Below, one piece after another: positions 9,833 to 19,428 of a DNA stretch of 40,593 nt (positions within the stretch are counted from its first letter, which is position 1; each line of letters starts with the position of its first letter). The stretch comes from a virus. Lineage: Duplodnaviria > Caudoviricetes. The notes beneath the pieces are model-generated. The model worked only from the letters and a program-made list of their open reading frames with translations. It ran no database searches and was not told where the DNA came from. The position numbers were made by a program, and so were the translations under genes. The stretch is taken from positions 1 to 40,593 of the IMG/VR virus record IMGVR_UViG_3300049173_000095; one strand, written 5' to 3'.

Positions 9833-10201
9833 ATGCAGCAGTTCACCGACGCCGAGGTGCACGCCAAGGCCGTGGCTCTCGGACTCATCGACGAGGGCCA
9901 AGAACTCCCGCGGCATGAGCGCGGCCGTGTCGTGGCCATCCTCATGCAGCAGCGGCGAGCCGCGGTGCGGCCGGAGCCCGAGCTTGTGGCCGAGCCGCGC
10001 GCGGCCGCCTCGATCGTCATCCAGCCGGACGGGCGGATCGACGTCGATGGCCGGCCGCTCCCGTGGCTGGTGGCCAAGGAGCCGATAGACGTCCGTGTGG
10101 ACCCCAAGGCCAACGGCATCAGCACCGTCCGGCTAACGCTACTGACCCACTCCGTACAGATCATCAAGCCCGAACCCGCAGAGAGCGAGAGCGCATCATG
10201 A
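9833..10201 (+). CDS. Hypothetical protein between major tail and tail assembly chaperone
   Basis: AGGAG RBS 5 nt before ATG 9833; stop overlaps the chaperone start (ATGA). Confidence 0.7.
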   Translation: MQQFTDAEVHAKAVALGLIDEGQELPRHERGRVVAILMQQRRAAVRPEPELVAEPRAAASIVIQPDGRIDVDGRPLPWLVAKEPIDVRVDPKANGISTVRLTLLTHSVQIIKPEPAESESAS

Positions 10202-10542
10202 CCACCCGAACCGCGACCAAGAGCGATGACCAGCCGTTTGACTTCAACCTCGATGCCGTCCAGGCCGAGGTGGACCTCACGCCGTGGCGCGTCCACTGGG
10301 ATGGTCGCCGCTGGGAGTTCGCGCACATGCAGGCTCTCGACGTGTGGCCGCTGTTGGAGGCCGCCGAGGGCGGTGACGTCGAAGCCATGCTGGGGATTTT
10401 CCGTACCGCGCTGGGCGATACGCAGTGGCCGGAGTTCCGCAAGATCCGTCTGCCCCAGTACAAAATGAAGGCGCTGTTCGACGAATACCGGCGGTACTCC
10501 GGGGCGGCTGAGGGGGAATCAGCGGCCTCGTCCGACTCCTGA
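10198..10542 (+). CDS. Tail assembly chaperone (gpG analogue)
   Basis: FDFNLDAV N-terminus; slippery GGGGGAA near its end; upstream of tape measure. Confidence 0.85.
   Translation: MTTRTATKSDDQPFDFNLDAVQAEVDLTPWRVHWDGRRWEFAHMQALDVWPLLEAAEGGDVEAMLGIFRTALGDTQWPEFRKIRLPQYKMKALFDEYRRYSGAAEGESAASSDS
10512..10518 (+). other. Programmed -1 frameshift slippery site G GGG GAA
   Basis: In-frame codons GAG GGG GAA; the -1 frame is open to 10967 and reads GISGLVRLLREHGGAVEADLRQHYG. Confidence 0.85.
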
Positions 10543-10967
10543 GAGAGCACGGCGGGGCCGTTGAGGCCGATCTGCGGCAGCACTACGGCGTCCGGCTCTC
10601 GGACCTCTTCGCCCGGGACGACACCGGCCGGCCGTTGTTGACGTGGCGGGAGCTGGGCACGCTCGTGCGCCAGCTCCCGCCCGACGCGCGCACTCGCGTC
10701 GCCCTGGGCGATGAGGATGGGCTGTGGGGCCTGACCGAGCACCTGCAGGCCATGACGCTGGACGAACTGCGTGTGGCGAACTGGCAACGTGCCAACGAGG
10801 GCGTGAAGAAGTCCAAGCAGTCCAAGGCGCCTAAGCCGGTCGCCCGGCCGGGCACCAAGCGGCGCAGCTCCGACCGGCACGCCCCGGAGCGTGTTGCCGC
10901 GCGCAACGCCGCGCTGGAGCGTGCCGCGGCGCGGCGGGCGGCCATCGCCGCTGGGGAGATCACCTAA
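10512..10967 (+). CDS. Frameshifted C-terminal part of tail assembly chaperone (gpGT analogue)
   Basis: -1 frame continuation containing EADLRQHYG, LTWREL..LVRQLP, DELRVANWQR. Confidence 0.82.
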   Translation, partial: GGISGLVRLLREHGGAVEADLRQHYGVRLSDLFARDDTGRPLLTWRELGTLVRQLPPDARTRVALGDEDGLWGLTEHLQAMTLDELRVANWQRANEGVKKSKQSKAPKPVARPGTKRRSSDRHAPERVAARNAALERAAARRAAIAAGEIT

Positions 10968-10994
10968 CAGCACAGCACGATGTGAGGGGGTGCC

Positions 10995-13900
10995 ATGCCC
11001 TCCGTCGGATACGCAACGCTGCAGGTGATCCCCTCGGTGCGCGGCATCGGCGATGAGATGCGCCGGCAGCTGGTCGGGCCGGCGGCAGATGCCGGACATC
11101 GTGCCGGTGACGAGGCCGGCGGCGGGCTGAAGGACAAGTTGCTGAAGGGCGCGGCCGCGGCTGGCGTCGCGGCCGGCGCCATCCTGGTCAAGGGCCTGGT
11201 CGATGCGATCGATCAGGGGAACGTCACTTCGAAGCTGCAGGCTCAGCTGGGCACGTCGAACAAGGTCGCGGCGCAGCAGGGCAAGCTGGCCGGGAAGCTG
11301 TACTCCAGCGGCGTCACGGACTCGTTCGAGGGCGCCGCCGACGCCATCAAGAGCGTCATGCAGTCGGGTCTGGCGCCGCCCGGGGCGACGACAAAGCAGT
11401 TGCAGGCCATCGCCACCAAGGCCAGCGACGTGGCCACGGTCTTCGATCAGGACCTGGGCGGCGTCACCACCGCGGTGTCGCAGATGCTGCGCACTGGCCT
11501 TGCCAAAAACGCGGACCAGGCCTTCGACGTGATCACACGCGGGCTCCAGTCCGGAGCTGACAAGGCCGGCGACCTGCTGGACACGATCAATGAGTACGGC
11601 ACCCAGTTCTCCAAGATGGGCCTGAGTGGCGCACAGGCCATTGGCATCATGAACCAGGCCATCCAGGGCGGTGCCCGGGACGCTGACGTGGTCAGTGACG
11701 CCCTGAAGGAATTCTCTCTTCGGGCCGTGAACGGCTCCGACACCACCGCCGGTGCATTCAAGTCGCTGGGCATCAACGCCAAGACGTTCGTCGCCGAGTT
11801 CAGCAAGGGCGGCGCCAGCGGCCAGAAGGCCCTGGACATGGTCTTCGACCGGCTGCGCACCCTCAAGGGCGCCGAATGGCAGAACACGGTAGCCAACCTG
11901 TTCGGCGGGCCGGGTGAAGATCTCGGCAAGGCCATCAACTCGATCGACGTTTCGAAGGCGACCAGTCAGCTCGGCGCGCTGAAAGGCGCGACCGACCAGG
12001 TGGGCAAGACCATCCGCTCCGGGCCGTCCTACGAGTTGCAGGTCTTCGCCCGGACGTTGCAGCAGAGCCTGGTCGACTTCCTCGGCGGCAAGGTGCTGCC
12101 GGTCCTCGGGCAGGTCGGCAGCTGGATCAACAGCAACGTGCTGCCGCCGCTGTCGGGCATGGCCTCGGTGGTGGGCGCGGTCCTGATGCCGGTCCTGACC
12201 GGACTTTGGTCAGCCGGTCAGGGAGTGGTGAGCTGGCTGCAGTCGATGGGTGCGTGGCTGATCCCGATCGGCATCGCGATTGCCGGGTTCACCCTGGCAC
12301 TTACCGCGCAGCAGCTGGCGATTGCGGCGACCACGGCGGTGTTCTCCATCTACCGCGGGGCGATCCTGGCGTGGGCCGCGGTGCAGCGTGGCGCGACCAT
12401 CGCTCAGGCTGCGTTCAACGCGGTCATGAACGCCAACCCCGTGATCCTGATCATCACGGCGATTCTGGCGCTGGGTGCCGCGCTGGTCGTCGCGTACGCC
12501 AAGGTTGGTTGGTTCCGCGCGGCGGTGCAGGCGGCCTGGGCTGGGATCCAAGCGGCTGCCATGTGGGCCTGGAACAACGTCCTCAAGCCCGCGTTCGCCG
12601 GTCTCATAGCGGCGTTCCAGGCGATCGGTGCGGCTGCGTCGTGGCTGTGGACGAACGTCCTTGCGCCGGTGTTCGGGTTTATCGCAACGGCAGCCAAGAT
12701 CCTGGTCACCGCGCTCGTCGTGCTCGTGATCGGTCCGATCATCCTGGCCGTAAAGCTGCTGGGCGCGATCTTCTCGTGGCTGTGGTCGGCTGTGCTCTCG
12801 CCGGTGATCGGCTGGATCGTTGCCGGCTTCAAGCTCTTGTGGGCCGGGGTGCAGGTCGTCCTCGGCTTCATCAAGGCCGGATTCCGGGCTGTCGGAACGG
12901 CCTTTTCGTGGCTGTGGTCTGCCGTTTTGCAGCCAGTGGTCAACTGGATCGTCGGCGGATTCAAGCTCCTCTGGGCCGCGGTGCGCATTCAGATCGGGTA
13001 TCTGAAGGCCGGATTTTCCGCCCTCGGCGACGCCGCAAAGTGGCTCTGGAATAACGGAATTAAGCCGGTCCTGGGCTGGATCGCCGACAAAGCGAAATGG
13101 CTCTGGAATGTTGGACTCAAGCCCGCATTTGACGCCGCAAGGAGGGGCGTTGGGCTCGTCAAGGACGCCTTCGGTGCAGCCAAGGACGCAATTGGTCAGC
13201 AGTGGTCCAAACTGGCCGACATAGCAAAGAAGCCCATCGCTTTCATCGTGAACACCGTGTACAACAAGGGCATTGTGCCCATGTGGAACATGGTTGCGGG
13301 TGCTTTCGGGGCGCCGAAGCTGAGTAAGGCCAAGGGCTTTTCCAGCGGTGGCCACACCGGGCCCGGCGGCAAGTACAAGCCCGCGGGTATCGTCCACGCG
13401 GGCGAATACGTGACGCGGCAGTCGTCCACGCAGGCGATCGAGAAGAACCACCCCGGCGCCCTGGACTACATGAACCGCACCGGCCAGCTTCCCGGATATT
13501 CCTCCGGCGGCCTGGTCGGCGACATCTGGGGCTGGACGAAGCACGCGGCGTCCACTGCCTGGGACAAGGTGAAGCAGGGCGCGTCCTGGGTCGCAGACAC
13601 CGTGAAAAGCTCGGCAAAGGCAGGTATCGAGAAGCTCGTCAGTCCGCTGATCAATCGGATCGCGGGTAATGCGTCGGTCTACAAGTCCATGGTCACGCGG
13701 ATTCCGAAGAAGGCGATCTCGTCGCTGCTCGGGTACTCCGGCACGGCCGATAAGAAGCTGGACGCGGCCGGGTTCATCGGCGGCAAGGGTTTCACGTCCG
13801 GGCTTCGGTGGGCGAAGACGCAGGCCGGAAAGCCCTACCAGTGGGCGGGCAACGGAAACCCCAGCTGGGACTGCTCCGGGTTCATGTCGGCGATCGAGTC

Positions 13901-15314
13901 CGTGATCCGCGGGCAGAAGCCTCACCGCCGGTGGGCGACCGGCGCGTTCCCGCCCGGCACGCCGGGGTGGGAGCGCAACGCCCGCAGCCCCTTCATGATC
14001 GGTATCACCAACGCCGGTGTCGGCCACACGGCGGGCACCATCAACGGCGTCAACGTAGAGAGCAGGGGCGGGGATGGCGTGGTCGTCGGGCCGCGCGCCC
14101 GCGGCTACAAGTCCAACCTGTTCACCAGCCGATGGGGGCTGCGCGGCTTCGCCGGCGGCGGCCGGCCGAAGCGCGGCGAGGTGGCGTGGGTCGGCGAGCG
14201 GGGCCCCGAACTGGTCCGGTTCGGCGGCGGTGACACGGAGGTCTATGACCACCGCACGTCGATGGCCATGGCAGCCCCTGGTCTGAGGGGATTCGCCAAG
14301 GGCACCAGCGCTGCGCGAGCAGCCGCCCGAGCCCGTACGAAGGCGCGGGGCGAGGTCGGCGGAGATCTGGGGAAGTTCACCAAGAGCCTCACCGGGTCAG
14401 CGTCGTCGATCGCCTCGGCAGCCAAGGAACTGTCCAAGGATCTGACGGCGGCGGGCGGCGCCGGGCGGCGGCTGGCGTCCTCGACGAACAAGACGTCGTC
14501 GAAGCTCCAGACGCTGTCCAAGCAGCGGGACGCCGTCGCATCGAAGGTCTCCGCGGCCAAGTCCTTTGCCGCAGATCAGAAGAAGGCCGTGACCGACTAC
14601 GTGGGGCTGGGACAGTTCTCCTCGGCCACAGGGCTGGAAGAGGTGCTAACGGGGCTGGAGAGCCGACTGAAGACCGTCAAGGACAACCGCGCCAACATCG
14701 CCAGCCTGACGAAGCGCGGCCTGTCCAAGACGGCCATATCCCAGCTGTCCGGCCTCGGCCTGGACAGCTCCCTGCCGGGGATCCTGGCAGGCGCGACGAA
14801 GAGCGAGATCAAGACCGTCAACCGGCTGCTCTCGCAGGGCTCGTCGCTGGCCACTTCGTACGGCAACGGCATGGCCGACCTGCTGTACGACTCCGGCAAG
14901 AACGCGAGCAAGGGGTTCCTGGCCGGGCTCATAGGCCAGGAGAAGCAGATCCAGGTGGCTATGAACCGCCTGGGCGCCGGCCTGGTCAAGGGCATCAAGA
15001 AGTCCCTACGGATCAAGTCCCCGTCTCGCGTGATGCGGGACGAGGTCGGCGCGCAGGTCGGCGCCGGGCTCGTCGTCGGCATGGACGCCACCGCCTCGTC
15101 CGTGGCGGCCGCGGCGGCCCGGATGGCCAACACGGCCGCGGGCGGCGGCTACCGGTCCCCGGCAGCCCCCGGCGCGGGACGGGCCGCGGACGCCGGCCCG
15201 GTCATCGTCGAGGTCCACACCAAGGACGAGTCGCTGGCGGACTTCATCGAGGTCAAGGTGCGCGGCGACAAGCAGCGTGTGGCCAGTGTCGTGCGAGCAG
15301 GAAGGAGCAGGTAA
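10995..15314 (+). CDS. Tape measure protein with NlpC/P60-like peptidoglycan hydrolase domain
   Basis: 1439 aa Ala/Gly-rich; DLLDTINEYGTQF, DALKEFSLR; W/F-periodic repeats; KPYQWAG..WDCSG..GHT; GERGPEL; IKSPSRVM. Confidence 0.95.
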   Translation: MPSVGYATLQVIPSVRGIGDEMRRQLVGPAADAGHRAGDEAGGGLKDKLLKGAAAAGVAAGAILVKGLVDAIDQGNVTSKLQAQLGTSNKVAAQQGKLAGKLYSSGVTDSFEGAADAIKSVMQSGLAPPGATTKQLQAIATKASDVATVFDQDLGGVTTAVSQMLRTGLAKNADQAFDVITRGLQSGADKAGDLLDTINEYGTQFSKMGLSGAQAIGIMNQAIQGGARDADVVSDALKEFSLRAVNGSDTTAGAFKSLGINAKTFVAEFSKGGASGQKALDMVFDRLRTLKGAEWQNTVANLFGGPGEDLGKAINSIDVSKATSQLGALKGATDQVGKTIRSGPSYELQVFARTLQQSLVDFLGGKVLPVLGQVGSWINSNVLPPLSGMASVVGAVLMPVLTGLWSAGQGVVSWLQSMGAWLIPIGIAIAGFTLALTAQQLAIAATTAVFSIYRGAILAWAAVQRGATIAQAAFNAVMNANPVILIITAILALGAALVVAYAKVGWFRAAVQAAWAGIQAAAMWAWNNVLKPAFAGLIAAFQAIGAAASWLWTNVLAPVFGFIATAAKILVTALVVLVIGPIILAVKLLGAIFSWLWSAVLSPVIGWIVAGFKLLWAGVQVVLGFIKAGFRAVGTAFSWLWSAVLQPVVNWIVGGFKLLWAAVRIQIGYLKAGFSALGDAAKWLWNNGIKPVLGWIADKAKWLWNVGLKPAFDAARRGVGLVKDAFGAAKDAIGQQWSKLADIAKKPIAFIVNTVYNKGIVPMWNMVAGAFGAPKLSKAKGFSSGGHTGPGGKYKPAGIVHAGEYVTRQSSTQAIEKNHPGALDYMNRTGQLPGYSSGGLVGDIWGWTKHAASTAWDKVKQGASWVADTVKSSAKAGIEKLVSPLINRIAGNASVYKSMVTRIPKKAISSLLGYSGTADKKLDAAGFIGGKGFTSGLRWAKTQAGKPYQWAGNGNPSWDCSGFMSAIESVIRGQKPHRRWATGAFPPGTPGWERNARSPFMIGITNAGVGHTAGTINGVNVESRGGDGVVVGPRARGYKSNLFTSRWGLRGFAGGGRPKRGEVAWVGERGPELVRFGGGDTEVYDHRTSMAMAAPGLRGFAKGTSAARAAARARTKARGEVGGDLGKFTKSLTGSASSIASAAKELSKDLTAAGGAGRRLASSTNKTSSKLQTLSKQRDAVASKVSAAKSFAADQKKAVTDYVGLGQFSSATGLEEVLTGLESRLKTVKDNRANIASLTKRGLSKTAISQLSGLGLDSSLPGILAGATKSEIKTVNRLLSQGSSLATSYGNGMADLLYDSGKNASKGFLAGLIGQEKQIQVAMNRLGAGLVKGIKKSLRIKSPSRVMRDEVGAQVGAGLVVGMDATASSVAAAAARMANTAAGGGYRSPAAPGAGRAADAGPVIVEVHTKDESLADFIEVKVRGDKQRVASVVRAGRSR

Positions 15315-17569
15315 TGGCGATCCCCGGGAACTACCTCTCGGCCGCGACGGAGGCGATCGACCCGGGGATCTCGGGATGGGCGGCCAAGACGAACTGCACC
15401 ATTTCGCTGGGTAGCGGCGGCCGGAACGGTGCTGGCGTGCTCGCCGTCCAGTCCGTTGCCGCCGGCGAGGCTCAGGCCCGTACGGCCTCGTCGTACCCGG
15501 TCGAGGTGGGGCAGACGTACGCCGCGTTCGCGGACGCGTCAGGGGCGACGGTGCCCGATCGGATCGGGATCCAGTGGCTCACCGACGCCGCGGTGGAGGT
15601 CTCGGTGTCGTGGTCGCTGACGACATCGGCGGCATCGTCTACGTGGCACCGCATTTCCGTGGGTGCCGTCGCGCCCGTGGGGGCGACCCGGGCGCGGGTG
15701 CTCGTGTCGATGATGACGCCCGCCGCTGGCGGGGTGCTGGGATATTTCGAGAACGTGTTCTTCGGCCTGCCACCGCGGCAGGCTCTCAACCTGCTGTCCT
15801 TCAACGCGGAGCAGGCCGAGGTGGACCTGTCCGCGTGGGCGGCGGAGACCAACGGCACATTGACGCGGACCGCTCCGCCGGTGTCATGGGCGGTGTCGTG
15901 GTACCTCTCGGGCGGCGAGGTGCTGGCGCTGACCGTCACTGCAAACGGGGACGCGTCAGCTCTTTGCGTGGAGCGGCCGAGCGTGCAGGCCGGTCAGGAG
16001 TACATGGCCTACGCCTACCTCAACCCGCCTACCAGCAGCGCGAACTGCTGGGTTGAGCTGCGGTTCTACAACGCCACAGGCACACAGATCCAGGCCAACC
16101 GGGCCGTGCTGGCGGCGCCTGGGACGGGGTGGTACCGACAGGCGACGTCGGGGGTGGCGCCTGCGGGCGCGGAGTCGGCGAGCATCGCGTTCGGCATCAC
16201 TGGCGCGACCGCCGGCCAGGTGGTGAGGTCCGAAGGAGCCGTGGTCAAGATCCGTACGGCTGGGCTGACCAACAGCTTGCCGAACCTGAATGTGATCGCC
16301 CTCGCTGACGCGCAGGCCGAGCAGGGTATCGGCGCTTGGACAGTCCCCACGGGGCCCGCCACCCTGGCACGGTCGTCACCGTGGGGTGCAGCCGGGCTGT
16401 CCCCGTATTCGTACGCGCTGGTCGTCACCAGCAGCACCGCCGCCGCCTCTGTGCTTCGCTCGGCCCGATACCCGGTGACCGAGCTGCAGAACTGGCGGGT
16501 GCTGCTCATGGCCCGGCGCGCGGCAGGCGGTTGGACGTATTCGCCGTCGGTCCGCTGGTTCAACGCTGCTGGAACCCTGCTCAGCACCACTACCGAGATC
16601 ACGTTCACGGTATCCAGCGACGGTCAATACTGGTTGTTCACCAGCGATCACGCCGCGCCAGCAGGCGCGGTCACCGCGCAGATCGACCTGGCGGTAACGG
16701 CCACGTCTGCGTCCTCCGTGCTGCACATCGCCACCATCATGATGGCCCAGGTGCTGCCACTCGCCGAGGCGACCGCGGACGACACCAACGCGTCGGTGCA
16801 AGTCGTCTTCCGTGAGCTTCCTGCCGGGGCGATCACGATGTACCGGGTGCTCGCGTCCGGAGACCGGTCTTTGGTCCGAGGCCCGGACGGGCTGATCGAC
16901 GGGGCGACGCTTGTCTCCGACACGTACAGCATCGAGGACTACGAGGCTCCTCTCGGGGTGGAGTTCCGATACCAGGTAGAAGTCCGGTCGCTGACGACCG
17001 GGGCTGTCCTGACCTACCGGGCTGCGGGGCCGGTCACGTTGACGCCGCCGGACCGGACGATGGTCTGGCTGAAAGACCCGATTGAGCCCATGCGCAACGT
17101 GCTGCTGCAGGCGCAGCAGCCGCTGCCCTCGTTTCAGCGACCGATCGATCAGGCAGTTCAGCGAGTCATCGGGCGTCGGAACGCCGTCGTTTATGCCGGC
17201 GAGCGCAGCGGCGTTGAGGGCGATTTGCTTCTCTTCACGCGGAGCGCGGAGGAGCGAAGCCGCCTGAACTGGCTGCTCGACCCGGGGCATGTCCTGTTCA
17301 TCCAGGCTGCTCCGCAGTCTGGATGGCAGGACCTGTACGCAACGGTCGGTGAAGGCGGGGACGCTCCTGATGGCAGCGACGATGACACCTGGCGGCAGTG
17401 GACACTGCCCCTGACCGAGGTGGACCGTCCGACCGGCGGCCAGGCCGGCTCGGCGGACCGCACCTGGCAAGACCTCCTCGTCGAGAACGCGACCTGGGGC
17501 GACGTCCTGGCCCGTTATGACACCTGGCTGGACGTGCTGCTCGACCGACCCAAAACGCCCGGGGGGTGA
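15314..17569 (+). CDS. Minor tail protein (Dit-like with N-terminal carbohydrate-binding-like repeats)
   Basis: First gene after TMP; three beta-rich repeats each ending AP.GA..A; C-terminal DYEAPLG..Y, VWLKDP..P, WTLPLTEVDRP. Confidence 0.75.
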   Translation: MAIPGNYLSAATEAIDPGISGWAAKTNCTISLGSGGRNGAGVLAVQSVAAGEAQARTASSYPVEVGQTYAAFADASGATVPDRIGIQWLTDAAVEVSVSWSLTTSAASSTWHRISVGAVAPVGATRARVLVSMMTPAAGGVLGYFENVFFGLPPRQALNLLSFNAEQAEVDLSAWAAETNGTLTRTAPPVSWAVSWYLSGGEVLALTVTANGDASALCVERPSVQAGQEYMAYAYLNPPTSSANCWVELRFYNATGTQIQANRAVLAAPGTGWYRQATSGVAPAGAESASIAFGITGATAGQVVRSEGAVVKIRTAGLTNSLPNLNVIALADAQAEQGIGAWTVPTGPATLARSSPWGAAGLSPYSYALVVTSSTAAASVLRSARYPVTELQNWRVLLMARRAAGGWTYSPSVRWFNAAGTLLSTTTEITFTVSSDGQYWLFTSDHAAPAGAVTAQIDLAVTATSASSVLHIATIMMAQVLPLAEATADDTNASVQVVFRELPAGAITMYRVLASGDRSLVRGPDGLIDGATLVSDTYSIEDYEAPLGVEFRYQVEVRSLTTGAVLTYRAAGPVTLTPPDRTMVWLKDPIEPMRNVLLQAQQPLPSFQRPIDQAVQRVIGRRNAVVYAGERSGVEGDLLLFTRSAEERSRLNWLLDPGHVLFIQAAPQSGWQDLYATVGEGGDAPDGSDDDTWRQWTLPLTEVDRPTGGQAGSADRTWQDLLVENATWGDVLARYDTWLDVLLDRPKTPGG

Positions 17570-17570
17570 C

Positions 17571-18671
17571 TTGTACCCCATCTCCGATCAAGCGCTCTCC
17601 CTGCTGACCGAGTCGCATCGCGTACTGTCCGAGGTCGAGTTGCACACCACAGACGGGCGGGTGCAGCTGCTGGACCACATCAGCGGCACCGTGACCGCGG
17701 ACCGCGGGTCAGCGTGCCGACGGACGTGTTCCGTCGTCATTCCGGACCCGTCGCTGATTCCCCGCACCGAGCGCGACAAGGTGAGCGTCTACGGGTCGTA
17801 CGTGGTGCTGCGGCGTGGCCTTGACCTGGGCGGCGGCCGCCGGGAGATGATCCCGCTCGGTCAGTTCAGGATCGACGAGATCAGCGGCGACATCCACACC
17901 GGCCCCGTCACGCTCGGCGGCAAGTCGTTCGAGGCGTACCTGAGCGACGACAAGTTCACCACGGCGACCACCACCCGCGGGTATGGCCTCGTCTCCACCG
18001 CCGTCGGCTACCTCGTCAGCACCTCGATGCCGTCCCTCGTCCTGGACACCACGCGCCTGGTGGACACGGCGTGCGGGGTGACGACGTGGGACATCGAGGC
18101 CGACCGGCTGGAGGCGGTGCGGGAGGTGGCGCGCGCGGCCGGCTGTGAGGTGTACTGCAACGCGGACGGGGCGCTGGTGGTGGCCCCGCTCCCGGACCCC
18201 CTGCTGACGATGCCGGTGTGGGAGATCCGTACGGGCGAACGCGGCAACATGATCAGGGCCGAGCGCGCCATGACATCTCAGGGCGTCTTCAACGGCGTAT
18301 CGGCGCGCGGCGAGAACAGCGAGAGCGACAGCGGGCCGGTGTCCGCCCTCGTCACCGACGATGACACGAGCAGCCCGACGTACTGGGGCGGCCCGTTCGG
18401 CCACCGCCCGAAATTCATCAGCTCCAGCACGCTCACGACGACGGGTGCGTGTCAGGCCGCGGCCACGTACGAGCTGGCCTCGGCCCGGCGGCCGAACGCC
18501 ACCGCGGATCTCAGCGCGCTGCCGAATCCCGCGCTGGAGCCCGGCGACGTGATCCGCGCGATCTACCGGGACGGGACCCGGGAACTCCACCAGATCCAGT
18601 CGCTGACCATCTCGCTGGAGCCGGGCGGAGAGTTCAACCTCTCCCTGATCGGCAGCAAGGAGGACGCCTGA
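17571..18671 (+). CDS. Minor tail/baseplate hub protein (DUF5047-like)
   Basis: TTG start after GGGGG; GTVTADR...RRTC, IPLG.FRI, TYWGGPFG.RP, PNPALEPGDVI. Confidence 0.8.
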   Translation: MYPISDQALSLLTESHRVLSEVELHTTDGRVQLLDHISGTVTADRGSACRRTCSVVIPDPSLIPRTERDKVSVYGSYVVLRRGLDLGGGRREMIPLGQFRIDEISGDIHTGPVTLGGKSFEAYLSDDKFTTATTTRGYGLVSTAVGYLVSTSMPSLVLDTTRLVDTACGVTTWDIEADRLEAVREVARAAGCEVYCNADGALVVAPLPDPLLTMPVWEIRTGERGNMIRAERAMTSQGVFNGVSARGENSESDSGPVSALVTDDDTSSPTYWGGPFGHRPKFISSSTLTTTGACQAAATYELASARRPNATADLSALPNPALEPGDVIRAIYRDGTRELHQIQSLTISLEPGGEFNLSLIGSKEDA

Positions 18672-19417
18672 TGCCCTCCGGCGATGCGGAGTTCGCCGAC
18701 GCACTCCTGGACGAAGCGGCCCGCCAGGCCGCCCGGGACCCGTCCGTGCGCCGCTCCGACTGGCGTACTGGCACCGTCACCGCGGTGAACGCGGACGGCA
18801 CCGTAGACGTCGATGCCGTCCGGGCCCGCCGGCTGGAGTCGTATGTGGGCCCGCGGGTGGGCGACCGGGTCATCATCAGCCAGTCCGGCATGGGCAACTG
18901 GATCGCCCTCGGCCGCACCGCCTCGGCGGCGGCCGCGCTCGGCCTGCCTCGATTCGCCTACAAGGCGGCGAACACCGACCGGTCGTCGACCACCAGCCGG
19001 ACCGCGGACCCCGACCTGGCCATGGCGCTGGATGCCAACGCGGTCCATGTTGTCGAGTTCCATTTGCTCGTCGGCGGGCCCTCCGGCGGCTTGATGGTGA
19101 CCTCGTGGAACGTGCCCTCGGGCGCCACCGGGCTCAAGGGCGCGCACGGCCCGGCGTCAACCGCCGCCGGTGTCGACAGCCTCACCAACGCCGGCGACAA
19201 CATCGCCGGCAGGTTCGGCAGCCACGGCTTCGCTACGTCGGTCACCTACGGCAGGCGAGACACCGCCACTAATTTGTTGTATGCGATCGAGACCGGCACG
19301 GTCGTCACCGGCGCCACCGCCGGCACCGTCGCCATCGCCTGGGCGCAGTCCGCGTCGAACGCCACCGCCACGCGCATGGGCCTGGGCTCGTGGATGCGCG
19401 TAACCCGAATCGCTTGA
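18671..19417 (+). CDS. Minor tail protein
   Basis: TGATG coupling; N-terminal GTVTAV..DGTVDV..RRLESY.P.VGDRV; beta-rich C-terminus. Confidence 0.72.
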   Translation: MPSGDAEFADALLDEAARQAARDPSVRRSDWRTGTVTAVNADGTVDVDAVRARRLESYVGPRVGDRVIISQSGMGNWIALGRTASAAAALGLPRFAYKAANTDRSSTTSRTADPDLAMALDANAVHVVEFHLLVGGPSGGLMVTSWNVPSGATGLKGAHGPASTAAGVDSLTNAGDNIAGRFGSHGFATSVTYGRRDTATNLLYAIETGTVVTGATAGTVAIAWAQSASNATATRMGLGSWMRVTRIA

Positions 19418-19428
19418 AGGAGCTGCTT

